Shown one piece after another: positions 13,001-25,901 of a stretch of DNA of 64,000 bases (the stretch's first letter is position 1; each line of letters starts with the position of its first letter). A model generated the notes under the pieces. It worked only from the letters and a program-made list of their open reading frames with translations, was not told the DNA's origin and did no database searches. The translations under genes were made by a program, and so were the position numbers. Source of the DNA: Hydrolagus colliei (taxonomy: Eukaryota); NCBI GenBank assembly GCA_035084275.1, contig CM068751.1:19468001-19532000 (forward strand), written 5' to 3'.

Positions 13001-16000
13001 TCCCCTATCATCAGGTGTCAGGCGTTTACTGAGGAGGTGAGTGAATGTACTAATGCTGTGGTACACACACCATTGCAACAAGTTTAGTGCGCACAAATCT
13101 TCCATTGATATGTTTGCCCGATATCGGTTGGCCTGGGCCTGTGTTACATTATCAAAAGAAAGGAGAAGGTTTCAGAAACAAGCTGAGGCTCGCGGACGCG
13201 GGTTAGTGATGGAGGAGCTGATACCTTCCAGCCTGGGATAGGTTCAGGTTGCGTATCTGCTGACAAGATCGACCGAGGCACGCGATAAACGGCAGGTGTT
13301 TGGAGGGGGCGGGTACGCAGAGTTTTCTCATTTCGACTGCGGCATTGCACAGACCAGACAGTCAGATCTGTGCCAGGTCATGACCTGAGAAGCGCCAACA
13401 GGGCTCATGGCACAGAAGCAAAGACAATAAGACCCCATCATGGAGCTCCTGTAGCTCAATGGTTTAGAGCACTCGCCTTACGAGCGTGAGACCTGTGTTC
13501 AAATCCAAGCAGATCAGAGGCAAGTTTCCTTACTCCACACACACGCACACACACACAACACACACACACACAACACACACACACACAAACACACACACTA
13601 ATAATCCATCCCAAAAAACCCACAATAATAAAATTGGTCATTTCAATCCATGACGGTTTGTGGGGGACGCTGCTGTGCGCAATTGGCTGCCGCGTTTCGC
13701 CCACAAATATACAGTCAATTCACTTTACAGTATATTCTATGAAGCGCTTTGAGACATCGATAAGATGTGAAAAGCACTATATCAAAATACCAGTATATGA
13801 TTTGCATTGGAAACAACAACTTGCCTTTATACAGTGCCTTTGACTCAGGGCGAGTCTCGGAGCATTTAAACAGTGGCACAGCTTGATGCCTGGTCAAAGA
13901 GGAAGGTCTTCAGTTGCAATCTAAAAGAGAAGAAGGAGGAGGCGAGGAAGCCACATGTTTAGGGGTGGTTCAGCATAGTGAAGTATATGTATATACGCCA
14001 GACGTATATACATTATACCAGACGTATATTCAGGGTGACGTCTCATAATGCAAGTGTTTCACAGGATTTAATGTAAAGTACAGTTATTAAATCAGAAGTA
14101 GGATTTACAAAAACGTTCCCTGGTTTAGATTTTCCACGAAATGTCCTCCACTCTGCCCGGTTCAGAGATTCCTAATGTTTTGATTGCGTTCTGATAACAT
14201 CAGATTAGCTACACACAGTAATCAGAGAGCAGGTGTCCATCAATACATTATTAGCCCAAACTCATTCACATTCAGTTTGCCTATCTTGATTTTTTTAAAA
14301 GATTTTGGTCACAAATCACTCCTATCTACTTCCATATATATCTGATAGTAGTAAAGGCTTGCCCGTGACTCATAGTTTTATTGAAACAGTCAGTGTTGTT
14401 ACATACAACCACAAAAAAATTACATTTATATAGAGCTTTTCATGTCAGGAGGACATCCCAAGGCATAGTCAGTGCTGTTGTATACACAGTCAGTTTGTTA
14501 CATACACACAGTCAGTGATATTACACGCACAATCAGAGTGCTGACTAGGATCCAGGGTGTATCTCTGCGGAATTTTCTCCCAGGATATATAAGTTAGTGA
14601 GTGTGGTGAAGTCCGTGTCAGGTTTTATTGTTCAGAGCTCCAAGACACCGCCCTGTGTGAAGGGAAGTTGTTAATGTTGTTGTTGCTGTGAGAGTAGGGA
14701 GCAGGCATGACGTCCTGAATCTCTCTTTCTCGTCGTGTGCCAATGTTTGTACGAGTGTGACCAAACGCACGCAAACCACTGGGTCTGATACGCCCAGCTC
14801 ATGGTATGTTGTTCCATAGAAATCCATTTTCAATGAACTAGCTTTGCCCCCAAACCAAAAAGATCTTTCTGCTGACATTCCATTTGTTTGAGTTCTGCCA
14901 TTTGCATAGCAAAGAGAGTGTTACGTAAGACTGAGCGCAATATTCTAAAGGGTTAAAGGGGGTGATTGTATCGTTCTTAAACCAACCAAGAATTGAATGC
15001 ATAGCCTCAACAATAACTTGCACAGAAATCACGACTGGCAGCTGGATTAAATCACAGATGATATCTGCAGGTGACATACAATATATATATATATATATAT
15101 AAATAAAAAAACTATTGAGTCAGTAAGAAAAATTTGATTATTTCAGAAGAAAGCGACACAAACTCCTCCAAACCCCCCCCAAAAAAAGCTTTCACTGCGA
15201 CTATGATTCTTGTTAAGATCCTATACATTCCAATAGTTCATCTGTAGCTGTGCATTCTTATCAGCACAAACATCTCTGCTCTAACAGATATGGCCTTTTG
15301 CACATCCGCTAGCGTTTCTGGAATGAATTGCCAATAGGAAGACTGTCTGTACCTGCCCCTTTCATCCGCGCACGGTCTCTACTCAGTTTCTTTGCACGCA
15401 GGTGCACCCTCCTGTGTTTGGAACAAGGAGTGGGGTGGGGGGAGAGTGCTGTTTCCACTCCCTCGTCTTTTCTTTATAGATGGAGTCTCCTTTAGCTCAG
15501 TGGTTAGAGCACTCGCCTCACAAGCGTGAGACCTGGGTTCGTTTCCAGGCAGGTCAGGGCGAAACCTTGGGCAAGTTTCCTTACTCCACACACACACACA
15601 CACCACTCGCCTGATAATAATCCCTCCGAAAATAAATCAAACAATAATAAAATTGATCATTTCAATCCACGACTGTTTGTGGGGGACGCTGCTGTGCGTA
15701 ATTGGCTGCCGCATTTCGTCCACAAAATATACAGTCAATTCACTTTACAGTATATTCTGTGAAGCGCTTTGAGACGTCGATAAGATGTGAAAAGCCGCTA
15801 TATCAAATGCAAGGATTATTATTATTATTATTGTTATTGCGATAGCTTCAAAGCTTAAAAAAGCTTTGGGAAACCAGCCATATGTAATTCAAACTGACTT
15901 TGTATGCAAGCTTATTGCTTGTACGGAAATTATATTAGTTTGGGAAGTTGCAGACTGGTTATTACTAAGCAGAGGAACACAGCGGTGGTAAAACTCACTC

Positions 16001-17005
16001 GCAGTCAGGAAGATGAAGGAAATGTCACTCTGGTACAGCAGAGGGTGCTCTTCACAAGATACACAAGACGTTACTCTTAAAGTCTAACCCGTGTGAAAAC
16101 CTGCTTTGAGAGCATTTGGAGCCAACAGTGAGTTTGCTGGTTAGTAAATTCACTGCCTTTGGTGAGGCTGCCATGGTGGTGGGGGGGAATAAGGTGCCAC
16201 TGCCGGCCAAGGTCAGGATTCAACCAACCATCCCAGGGTTGGTGAAACAGAAAGTTTGGCATTTTTCAATGCCTTTTCCTGTATTTTCACTAATATTCCA
16301 CCACCCACCCCGCCCCACCACCCACCCACCAATCGTACGTCAAAACTGCTTGAAATAGGTTCTGTTTCTGAATTCTGAATTGACCGCTTTGGGCGAACGT
16401 TTGACATTTTCAAACCTCAGCGTTTTTTTTCTGTGTTTGAAATTCAGGGCCATCCAGGTTTGTTGGGGACACCAGGCCCTCCGGGCTTACCTGGAATACC
16501 AGGACCCCAGGGCCCTCAGGGAATGAAAGGACAAAGAGGGGAATCTGCATTGTTTGGTCCACGAGGAAGGAAAGGGGATCAGGTGGGTTCCAATGACACA
16601 TATGACTGATCATGAAATTCTACTGGTAAGCACACCGTAGGCTGGGTTTGCCCACGATGTGGTGGCTCAAGGTACGTAAACTTGATGGAGAGGCCTGGGA
16701 ACAGGTCAACAGCTCATCCCACCAGCTATCGTAGAAGTGCAGAATCTCACAGCACAGAAGGAGGCCATTCAACATCTGTCTGTTGCGCTTGGTGACATCA
16801 CCCGCAGTCATCGGGGGGGGGGGGGGTGAGGGTCAACTTCCATATATCTGCCGATGACACCCAACTCTTATCTTTCTATCTTTTTATTTCCATCCAGCGA
16901 TCCCTCCGTCTCGCCCCCTCCCTGGCCTCCTTCAAGTCCCACCTTTTGTAACTATTCTTTCCCCCCCCCCCCATTATCGCCTCCCCCCCCCCCCCCACCC
17001 ACCCT

Positions 17006-17044
<39 letters not shown>

Positions 17045-19469
17045 CAGAAAGGAAAAAAAGAAAATCAGGTAAATTTGTGGGTGGGTGGGATAATGTAGTT
17101 AAGCAAAGATTTCCATTCCTGTTCATAGTCCAGAACTACCTCTCATCACGCAGGGTCCTTTGGGAAGACCTGGCTTCCAAGGAGTGGATGGCATTCCGGT
17201 GAGTATGTTCATTCTAACCTTTCTGTTTCTGTCTTCTGTCTACACTGTTGCTGAGTAAACCAAATGTACCTGGATCAAACAAACTGCCCGTTACAATTTC
17301 TTGTCACTTTCTTTGCCCCAGGGCTTTCCAGGAGTGCAAGGCCCAAGAGGTCACCCTGGACTAGATGGCTGCAAAGGTTCAAGAGGAGATCCTGGCATCC
17401 CAGGGATTGGTGGATCATTAGGAGTTCCCGGTTTGCCTGTAAGAATTCAGTTCAATTTCAGTTGAGTTGTTCGTACGGGAGATTGACTAGACTAGCTCGA
17501 CTGCGCACAACATTAATTGAGTTCCATTAATCGAGATTTACAGAGTGCTTTGAAAGCCCCCAATGACTGCCAGGGCTAATAGGTAGCAGAGTTGAGGGAA
17601 ATACCCATGCCTGCAAGTGACACCAATGCGTCCGATAGATTGGTGAGCCATCATCAACACCTTGGAATCCTGTCGACCTGGCTGGTTTCATCAGGAGTAT
17701 TTATACTCCTTCGGGTATCTCTACCCGAAGAAGGGACTTTGTCGACACGGTGCTCACCTTTTTTCAATCTCAAAAGAGATGAGTGAGTAGGGCCAGTCCT
17801 GATATCAACTCCGAGCCTTCTGGTTTACCATGTGCTTACTATTTCACTGTGTGATGAACTTCTCAGAAATATTGTGTGCCAACAAGGCGTCTAAGTCATA
17901 TAATATGGAACTAATGTTATTGCCACAAAACTCTTCAATAGGTCCACCACTCCAAGCTTTTAGCATCTCAAATTCCTCACAGCGTCTTATCTCGTACCAC
18001 CCCACCTTACACAATATCTGCCGCCCTTCCACGAGAGATCAATACCTCAGTTCCTATCTCAAATGGCGGTGGTGGGAGGTTTAATCGGATCTCCCTGATG
18101 TTAATCTAAAGTCCGGCAACACCAAAGGTTATTATCAGAATAAAGCATAGAGAATGCAAGAGGTTAGGAGATGCAAAGATGATGTTAAAACATCAGGTTA
18201 CGCAATGAATTAATAGTACAATTGACATTTTGAACCTAAAATGCAGTCTTCATTCATTTCTACATTGCATTTTTCATTTTTCTGAACATAGTCAGTACTG
18301 TGCATAGAAAAATATGTCTATCAGCTTTGTACCATAATATATTAGTACAAATCTTGCGAGAAGTTATTAGCACTGATCATTAAACTCTGGTTTGCCTTTC
18401 ATTTGACTATGTTTTCACTTTTTTTGTATTTGTTTTACAGGGATTCCCAGGGTTGAAAGGCGCAAAAGGAGTTTCTGTAATTGCTACTTCTGCCGAAAAT
18501 GGTCTACGAGTGAGTGTTTTACTTAAAGCCCTGATCAATGCTGCTCCCGGCACTATCTTTACAGTAATGACATGCGAATCACTATATTATTTACACATAA
18601 TCACTTAGATAATGATGCAGTTGTGAAGTCAATGGACTGAAATTTGAATTCAAATATCATTTTAGCAAACGCTAATGCTGATATAATGCGATTCATCCCC
18701 GTTTTTCTCCCTTTCCCCGAGTTTCTTTTCGTGTGTCTGCCTTATCCAGGCAGGTCAGGGGGAAACCTTGGGCAAGTTTCCTTACTCCACACACACACGC
18801 AATCGGCTGTCGCGTTTCGCCCACAAATATACAGTCAATTCACTTTACAGGATATTCTGATGATAAGATGTGAAAAGCGCCATAAGAAAATGGAAGGACA
18901 ATTATTATTATTAGTATTATTATCCTTCTTCTCAAACATGGGAAGTTGAAACTTTCAGAGTGCAGCAAACACTGAAACATCAGGATTCATAATATCGTTC
19001 AAACTGATGCTTGTTTCCGGACAGAATATGGCGCTTGTCAGACAAAAGCATACGTACTACACATGTCATACACAAAAGTATTTCAGGTGGTTGGTAAAGG
19101 TTGATCTCCAAGCAATGTATTGTAAAGTGAATTGACTATATTTCCTTCCACAAAATATACAGTCCATTTGCTTTACAGTATATTCTGTGAAGATGACTTG
19201 GAGATGACTCAATGGCCTGATGAGGCCCTCTATCAAATGAAAGCTTTAATATTTTGATTAAGATGCATAATGTGACTGTGAATTCTCTTGTCATTAGGGA
19301 GATCGGGGAGCATCAGGAAAAAGAGGGTTGAGAGTAAGTAACTTTTAAGAATTTCACGAGTTCAAACATTGGATTTAAATGCTGTAGCTCAGTGGTTAGA
19401 GCACTCGCCTTACAACCTGTGTTCGAATCCAGACAGGTCAGGGCGAAACCGTGGGCAAGTTTTCTTACT

Positions 19470-19515
<46 letters not shown>

Positions 19516-22500
19516 TCCTAATAATAATCCATCCAAAAAAACCCCACAATAATAAAAATTGCTCATTTCAATCCACGACCGTTTGTGAGGACGCTGCTGT
19601 GCGCAATTGGCGCGACTCGCCCACAAATATACAGTCAATTCACTTTACAGTATACAGTAAAAGCCCGTTTATCCATGACCCAATCAACCGGATTGCGTGA
19701 CCTCACTCTTGAGGCAATTCCCCATTCCAGCAATTGCCAAATACGCACTTACTAAACTTACGAACTCTGGGTTTTTATCGATCATTTTACCGAGTGTGTT
19801 GGAATCTTTATTGGTAAGTGTCCATTCTGTTACTATTTCATGTATTATTAATATAGTATGTTTTAAAATAAGTCATTTTGGGGGGGTTTTGGGAACTTGC
19901 CGCCCGATAATCCGACCCAGTCAATTAGTCGACGCTCCGGAGGGTGCCGGATAAACTGGCTTTTACTGTATTCTGTGAAGCGCTTTGAGAAGTCGATAAC
20001 ATGTGAAAAGCGCTGTATCAAATACAAGGATTATTATTATTATTATTATACTAAAGGAGGAACGAAGCAAAAGTGTAAATATTGTTTCAAATGCAAATAC
20101 CTATTGCCATTTATGCATTTATTGAATGATTCTCAACTTGGTTATCCCTCCTCCTTGACCCATCTCTTTCCACTTTCAAATCCCACCCAAAGACCTTCCT
20201 TCCTGAAGACCTGCTGAGATGCTACAGTATCAAATCCAAGGATCGCGATTGTTATAACTTGCTCAGTCACTGGATTCCCTATAAAAGCATAGATAGAGAA
20301 AAGCAAAGGACATTGCTGTCCACCAAATAAACTCTTGTACTTTCCTCCCTAATTATCTCCACAACAGGGTCCTCCAGGTATGGTGGGTGCTGAAGGTTTT
20401 GTTGGTTCTCCTGGCCTCCCAGGTACCCAAGTGAGTACAGTCTGAACAGTCCCGATATTCCAACTATTTCCCTGCAAAACCCCAAAGTTGGTTTCGCTGC
20501 TTTCTTTTGTTGAAGCAACAGAAGCTTTCATAAAGTTGATGGTTAGACACACATAGAATGAAGCAATTGCTAACTTACTATTGGCCAGAGTGTCACAACA
20601 ACAACAACAACAACAACAACACAAACAAACAAACAAAATTACACTTGTTAGCCTGTCACGTCAGGAGGACGGCCCAAGGTGCTGGATATCATAGCTATCC
20701 AGTTAAATATAACAATGTTATGTACTGGGCTCAATTGGTATTGTCTGCGTTGATCAAATGCTGCAGATATAATATCGAGAAATGGCCCATGTGGATGAAC
20801 AGCAAATTCATTCTAGACCCAAGTATGACCCTAAATAGTTCAATTACCAAAGAACAGTGAAACACTTCAACTCAGTCATCAAGGAAGGGTGGAACATGGA
20901 TATTACCAAATACTAATTATTGAAACACTACTGAAAAACTTTTATCTGGTGCCGGGAATCTTACACGAGCAGAGGTAACTGATCTACAAAAATCTACAGC
21001 ACTGATTTACGGGGTTTGTCTGGAAAGGTCTTGTCTCTCATCCACTGAGAGTATTGATCCATTGGGGAACCATATGTACAACAGCGACAACATAATTATA
21101 TTTACAGAGCGGCTTTCACGTCGGGAGGACATCGCAAGGTGCTGAACAGTCAGGTCTGGACTCGAGCAAAGGGGAGAGGGGCAGGGTAGGGGGGGAGGGG
21201 TGGGCGGGAGTGAGTTCGGAGGTGGGGGGAGAGAGTTGGGAGGTCCACAGAAGGTTGAATATGTGTAGCCCTGATCGTGGGAAAGGGAGACCGGCAACAA
21301 TGAAGCTAAATGGATTCTGGCCAATTTCAGGAATAGTTTGCAGTCGGACATGTCAGCACATGTACAGTAAGGTGTTGTCAGAAACAAACGCTGAAGCCAA
21401 GATGTAAACACACAAAAAAAAAAAACCTTTTCAGAACACACACAAATCTGTGCAGTCTAAATGCTCCCAATAAAATTAGTGTTTTCGTTCCACCCCCCCG
21501 ACCCCCACACAATATTAAACTCTGACTTTATAACAATTAAAAATGTCTTTCCAGGGTGATCCAGGATTCCCAGGATTACAGGGTGAAGCGGTGAGTCAAA
21601 TCAGTTTTTTAATAATGTATCTGAATGAACAGAAGCTAGGCTGGGTTTCCAAAAAAATGTACTTAAAAAAGTTAGTTACCAGAATTCTGTTTCTGCTGTA
21701 GGACTGCACTAAGCTCCTGTAAGCTTTTAACACCGTCACAGTTGTTTGTGTGAAAGTCAAGCTGCAGCTGAGGTTTTCTTCTGATGTGAATTGAAATTCT
21801 AATAGGATTGACGGCATTTCTTTTCGCAGGGCAATCAAAGGATGGGATTGAAAGGGCGAAAAGGTCGACAGGTAAGCCACCATAGGTCGCGTTTGCACAC
21901 TTCTAACTCATTCAGGCTTATATATATTAATATATATATATATACACCATAAATATTATTCACCCCCAAATATGCAGTTAATTCACTTTACAGTATGTTC
22001 TGTGAAGCGCTTTGAGATGTCGATAAGACGTGAAAAGCTGTATACCAAATGCAAGGATTATTATTATATACAGATTTATATAACAACAACTTGCATTGTA
22101 TAACACCCTTCACACAGAGTGACATCTCGGAGCACTTATATCGCTTATACTTTACAGCCGGTAAAATTATTTGAGACAATTTTCGTTGTACAGGATTTTT
22201 GGACTGGTCACCAGTCCCCCGAGCATGGAATAGTCAACAATACTTCATAAGTACAGTACCTGCCGCTGAGCTTGATAATGTCATTATTGCCTGTAGTGCC
22301 ATCCACAGGCCTACAGCAATAAGTGCAACACTGGCTTCAAAAATTGCCCTCGCTAAATACTGGCTGTGTGGGTCACAAGCAAATTAACACTCGAAAGAGA
22401 AATAATTCCTCCCCTCCTATCCCCTCCCCCCACCCCTAGTTTTGGCCTTCATGTCTTATAATATAAGGTTGAGCAAAACTGTCTTCTGAAAAGTCTTCTC

Positions 22501-25500
22501 TCCAGTTTTAACTTGAAAGAAAATTTAAAATTGATTCAAAAATGTATTGATGAAAAATTCATCTGTGAAAACATGCTTCCAAATTAACACTGAATTCAGG
22601 AATTTTTCACAGTTTAGGAGTTTTTCCACAGTTGTGTGCAATGTTAAATTGAAGACTAAATTATCTTCTGACAACAACTACTCTACAGTATTTATATGGC
22701 GCCCTCCACTCCAGAGCGCTTATAGTCTAAGGCTAGGTGTACCTCGGAGCCTCAGTTATTTAATAGGGTTGTAAGTTTTTCTGCTGCTATTTCAGATTAG
22801 CAACACTCGTTGTTTTATTTCTCAGCTCCGGTTTTAAACCATCTTGTTCCTTGTCCCCCCCGCCGAGCGATCAGTTTTGAAGGTTAAGAACAGTCAGCTA
22901 CCCACTGTAGTGCAAACGCTATTTTACACCGTTCATCGATGAAGGGGACACTGATAACCGAGAGCTGAACGCGGTGCTTTTGGCTGCAAGGTTGCCGTTT
23001 CTAGTTGGTCAGCACTCTCTCTCTCTCTCTCTCTCACTCTCACTGTAGACAAAACCATTGTATAACGATGGTAAGTTGCTCTATCTGTGTAAGTGTGAAG
23101 GTCTAGACTGAAGGAACACTGATAGACAAGGAAATAGGCATACGGGAATCCACAGTATACCACAAGACAGTCAACCCCATTTCGTTTGACTCCTGTTATT
23201 GGTGCCTTTAGCTTTCATCTCATCAACGTTATTTTTGAGATGATAGTATCCAATAACAAGTCATGTACTGTCAGTCCTGTGCTTAACATTTAACTCGTCT
23301 TACCAATTTGGGCTCATTTCCTTTCCCGGGTGTTGGTGTGTCGGTCTGTGTGTGTGTTTCGTTCTCTTGATGTTCAAAATATTTACTCGCTTCTTTCCCC
23401 CACCCAACCAACAGGGTGAACAAGGTGATTTGGGACCCCCGGGGGAATCTCAACTCATTGAACCTCCCGAAGTGATCATCCTTGAAGGAAGTCAGGTATA
23501 ACAAGCAATTGATAGCTGCCTTACGGGCGGGTTGAGACACAGAAACATCAGTAATCTCAAAGGCTTCTGAGTATGTGCCTCTACCTCTGTTCCTCAAACC
23601 ACACTCTTACACCAGCCAGCTCACAGGCTATTTATTAGTGTGAGCGTTTACTCTGGTTTCCAACCAGGACTTTATTGTAAGAACATTTACAGGACGGAGT
23701 GCACTCGATTGCGTTTATGTTCTCATTATTTCAGTGATGGTGCTTTCTTTAGAGGTTAATGTGAGGGTTGGGTGAATCACACTTATTTATAAAACTAACA
23801 GTCAATGTAGCAAATTATAGAATATCCTATAATCAGCATTTTTTAATTATATGATCAGATAATTAAAGGAACCTGTATTTTTCTAAATACACCTGGATTT
23901 GCACTTATATTGTAACCCCAAACCTGCAAATTAGTCAGTATTGTCCTTTGACTAAGGGTTTACTTTACGCTGGCAGATTCATTCTAATGTCGTCTGTGCG
24001 ACCGGCAGCAAAGGGGGAGAAACCAAGGCCTGCTGGCTGCACGGAGGACATTAGAATGATTGTGTCTGAATAAAGTCCCCCTGAGAGGATATGAGACAAG
24101 GCAACAAGGCTGTAACCGGAGCTCCTGTAGCTCAGTGGTTACAGCACTCGCCTTACAAGCCCAAGACCTGTGTTCAAATCCAAGCAGATCAGGTCATGGC
24201 GAAATCTTAAGCAAGCTTCCTTACTCCACACACACACACACACACACACGCGCCTAATAATAATCCTGAAACCACAATAATAGAATTGGTCTTTTCAATC
24301 CACGACTGTTTGTGGGGGACGCTGCTGTGCCCAATTGGCTGCCGCATTTCACCCACAAATATACAGTCAATACACTTTACAGTATATTCTGTGAAGCGCT
24401 TTGAGACGTCAATAAGATGTGAAAAGCCGCGATATCAAACGTAGGGATTATTATTATTACAAATGAAATCCTTTTAAAGTTTGTCTTCTTTGAAGACAGT
24501 TTCTAGGCACACAAAATAACCCTGTAACTATTGTATACCCTCTTATTCCCAGGAAAGTAGAGATTCACTTCCCCGTTGTCAAACATCCAGGGAACAGGCA
24601 AAGCACAAAATTACCTCGGTGGATAGATTAAATGTTGATAAATCTTTTAAGAAAGACTTTTTCTTTTCTCTTACAGGGGGATAAAGGTCTCCAAGGATTG
24701 ACTGGGCAGATGGGAGATCCTGGACCTGCTGTGAGTAGGGAATATTGTTCTGCACAAAAATATAGAATTTTAATCCGACACCTTTTTAAATTCTTGTGAA
24801 TATTAATTCATTTGCAACTGATTGTTGGGATTTTTCAAAAAAATATGGAAAGATGTTCTGAGGCTCTCACGCCGAATGGTGCAAGGTTCATTAAATGGTA
24901 TTGTGGAGCTCCTATAGCTCAGTGGTTAGAGCAGTCGCTTGACAAATGTGAGACGTGTGTTCGAATCCAGGCAGGTCAGGGTGAAACAGGCAAGTTTCCT
25001 CACTCCACACACACACACTCCTAATAATAATCCCATCCGAAAAAAAACACAATAATATAAATCGGTCATTTTCAACCCACGACTGTTTGTGGGGGACACT
25101 GCCGTGAGCAATTGGCTGCCGCGTTTCGCCCACAAACATAGTCAATTCACTTTACAGTATATTCTGTGAAGAGCTTTGAGACGTCTAGAAGGCTGTATCA
25201 TATGCAAGGATTATTATTATTATGATAAGGTCCAAACATCTTAACGTTTGTCATCAAACCTCACTCTTAAGCTAAGTTAATCACCGTGTAACACCGCAAA
25301 ACTGTGAGGACTGACAAACGCTGTCAGTGCGTCCTGCCCTTTCCTGCAACCTTCACCATTGTGAACCTCATTCTAATTGACTGTAAATCGCGTTTAATTA
25401 AAATAGCAGCACCACCGCAGGATGTTTGATTTTTTTCTAATCTCTAAAGCTGCCGATCGCTCTGTTCACATTTGTATGGGCCGGGCTTCAGATTTCCTAA

Positions 25501-25834
25501 CGGTTTTCACTGGCACAAATTCAGTCACTGACCACAGGTTTTTAAATCGTGTCCAGGGTGTTTGTGACGACTGTTCGCTCCTAAAAGGGGAAAAAGGCTA
25601 CCCGGGTTTCCCTGGACTGCAGGTAAGCAGCAGCTCTGATTTCTCGGCTCTGGCTGATTCCCAAGTTCCACATAGATAGAGTGACAAAGTCAACACATTA
25701 TTGTCCTGATTGCCCCATGTTGTGAGGGGGTGTGTCATGGCTCCCGTGGTTTAGAGCGCTCGCCTTACAAGCGTGAGGACCTGTGTTCGAATCTAGGCAG
25801 GGTCAGGGCGAAACCTTGGGCAAGTTTCCTTACT

Positions 25835-25901
<67 letters not shown>

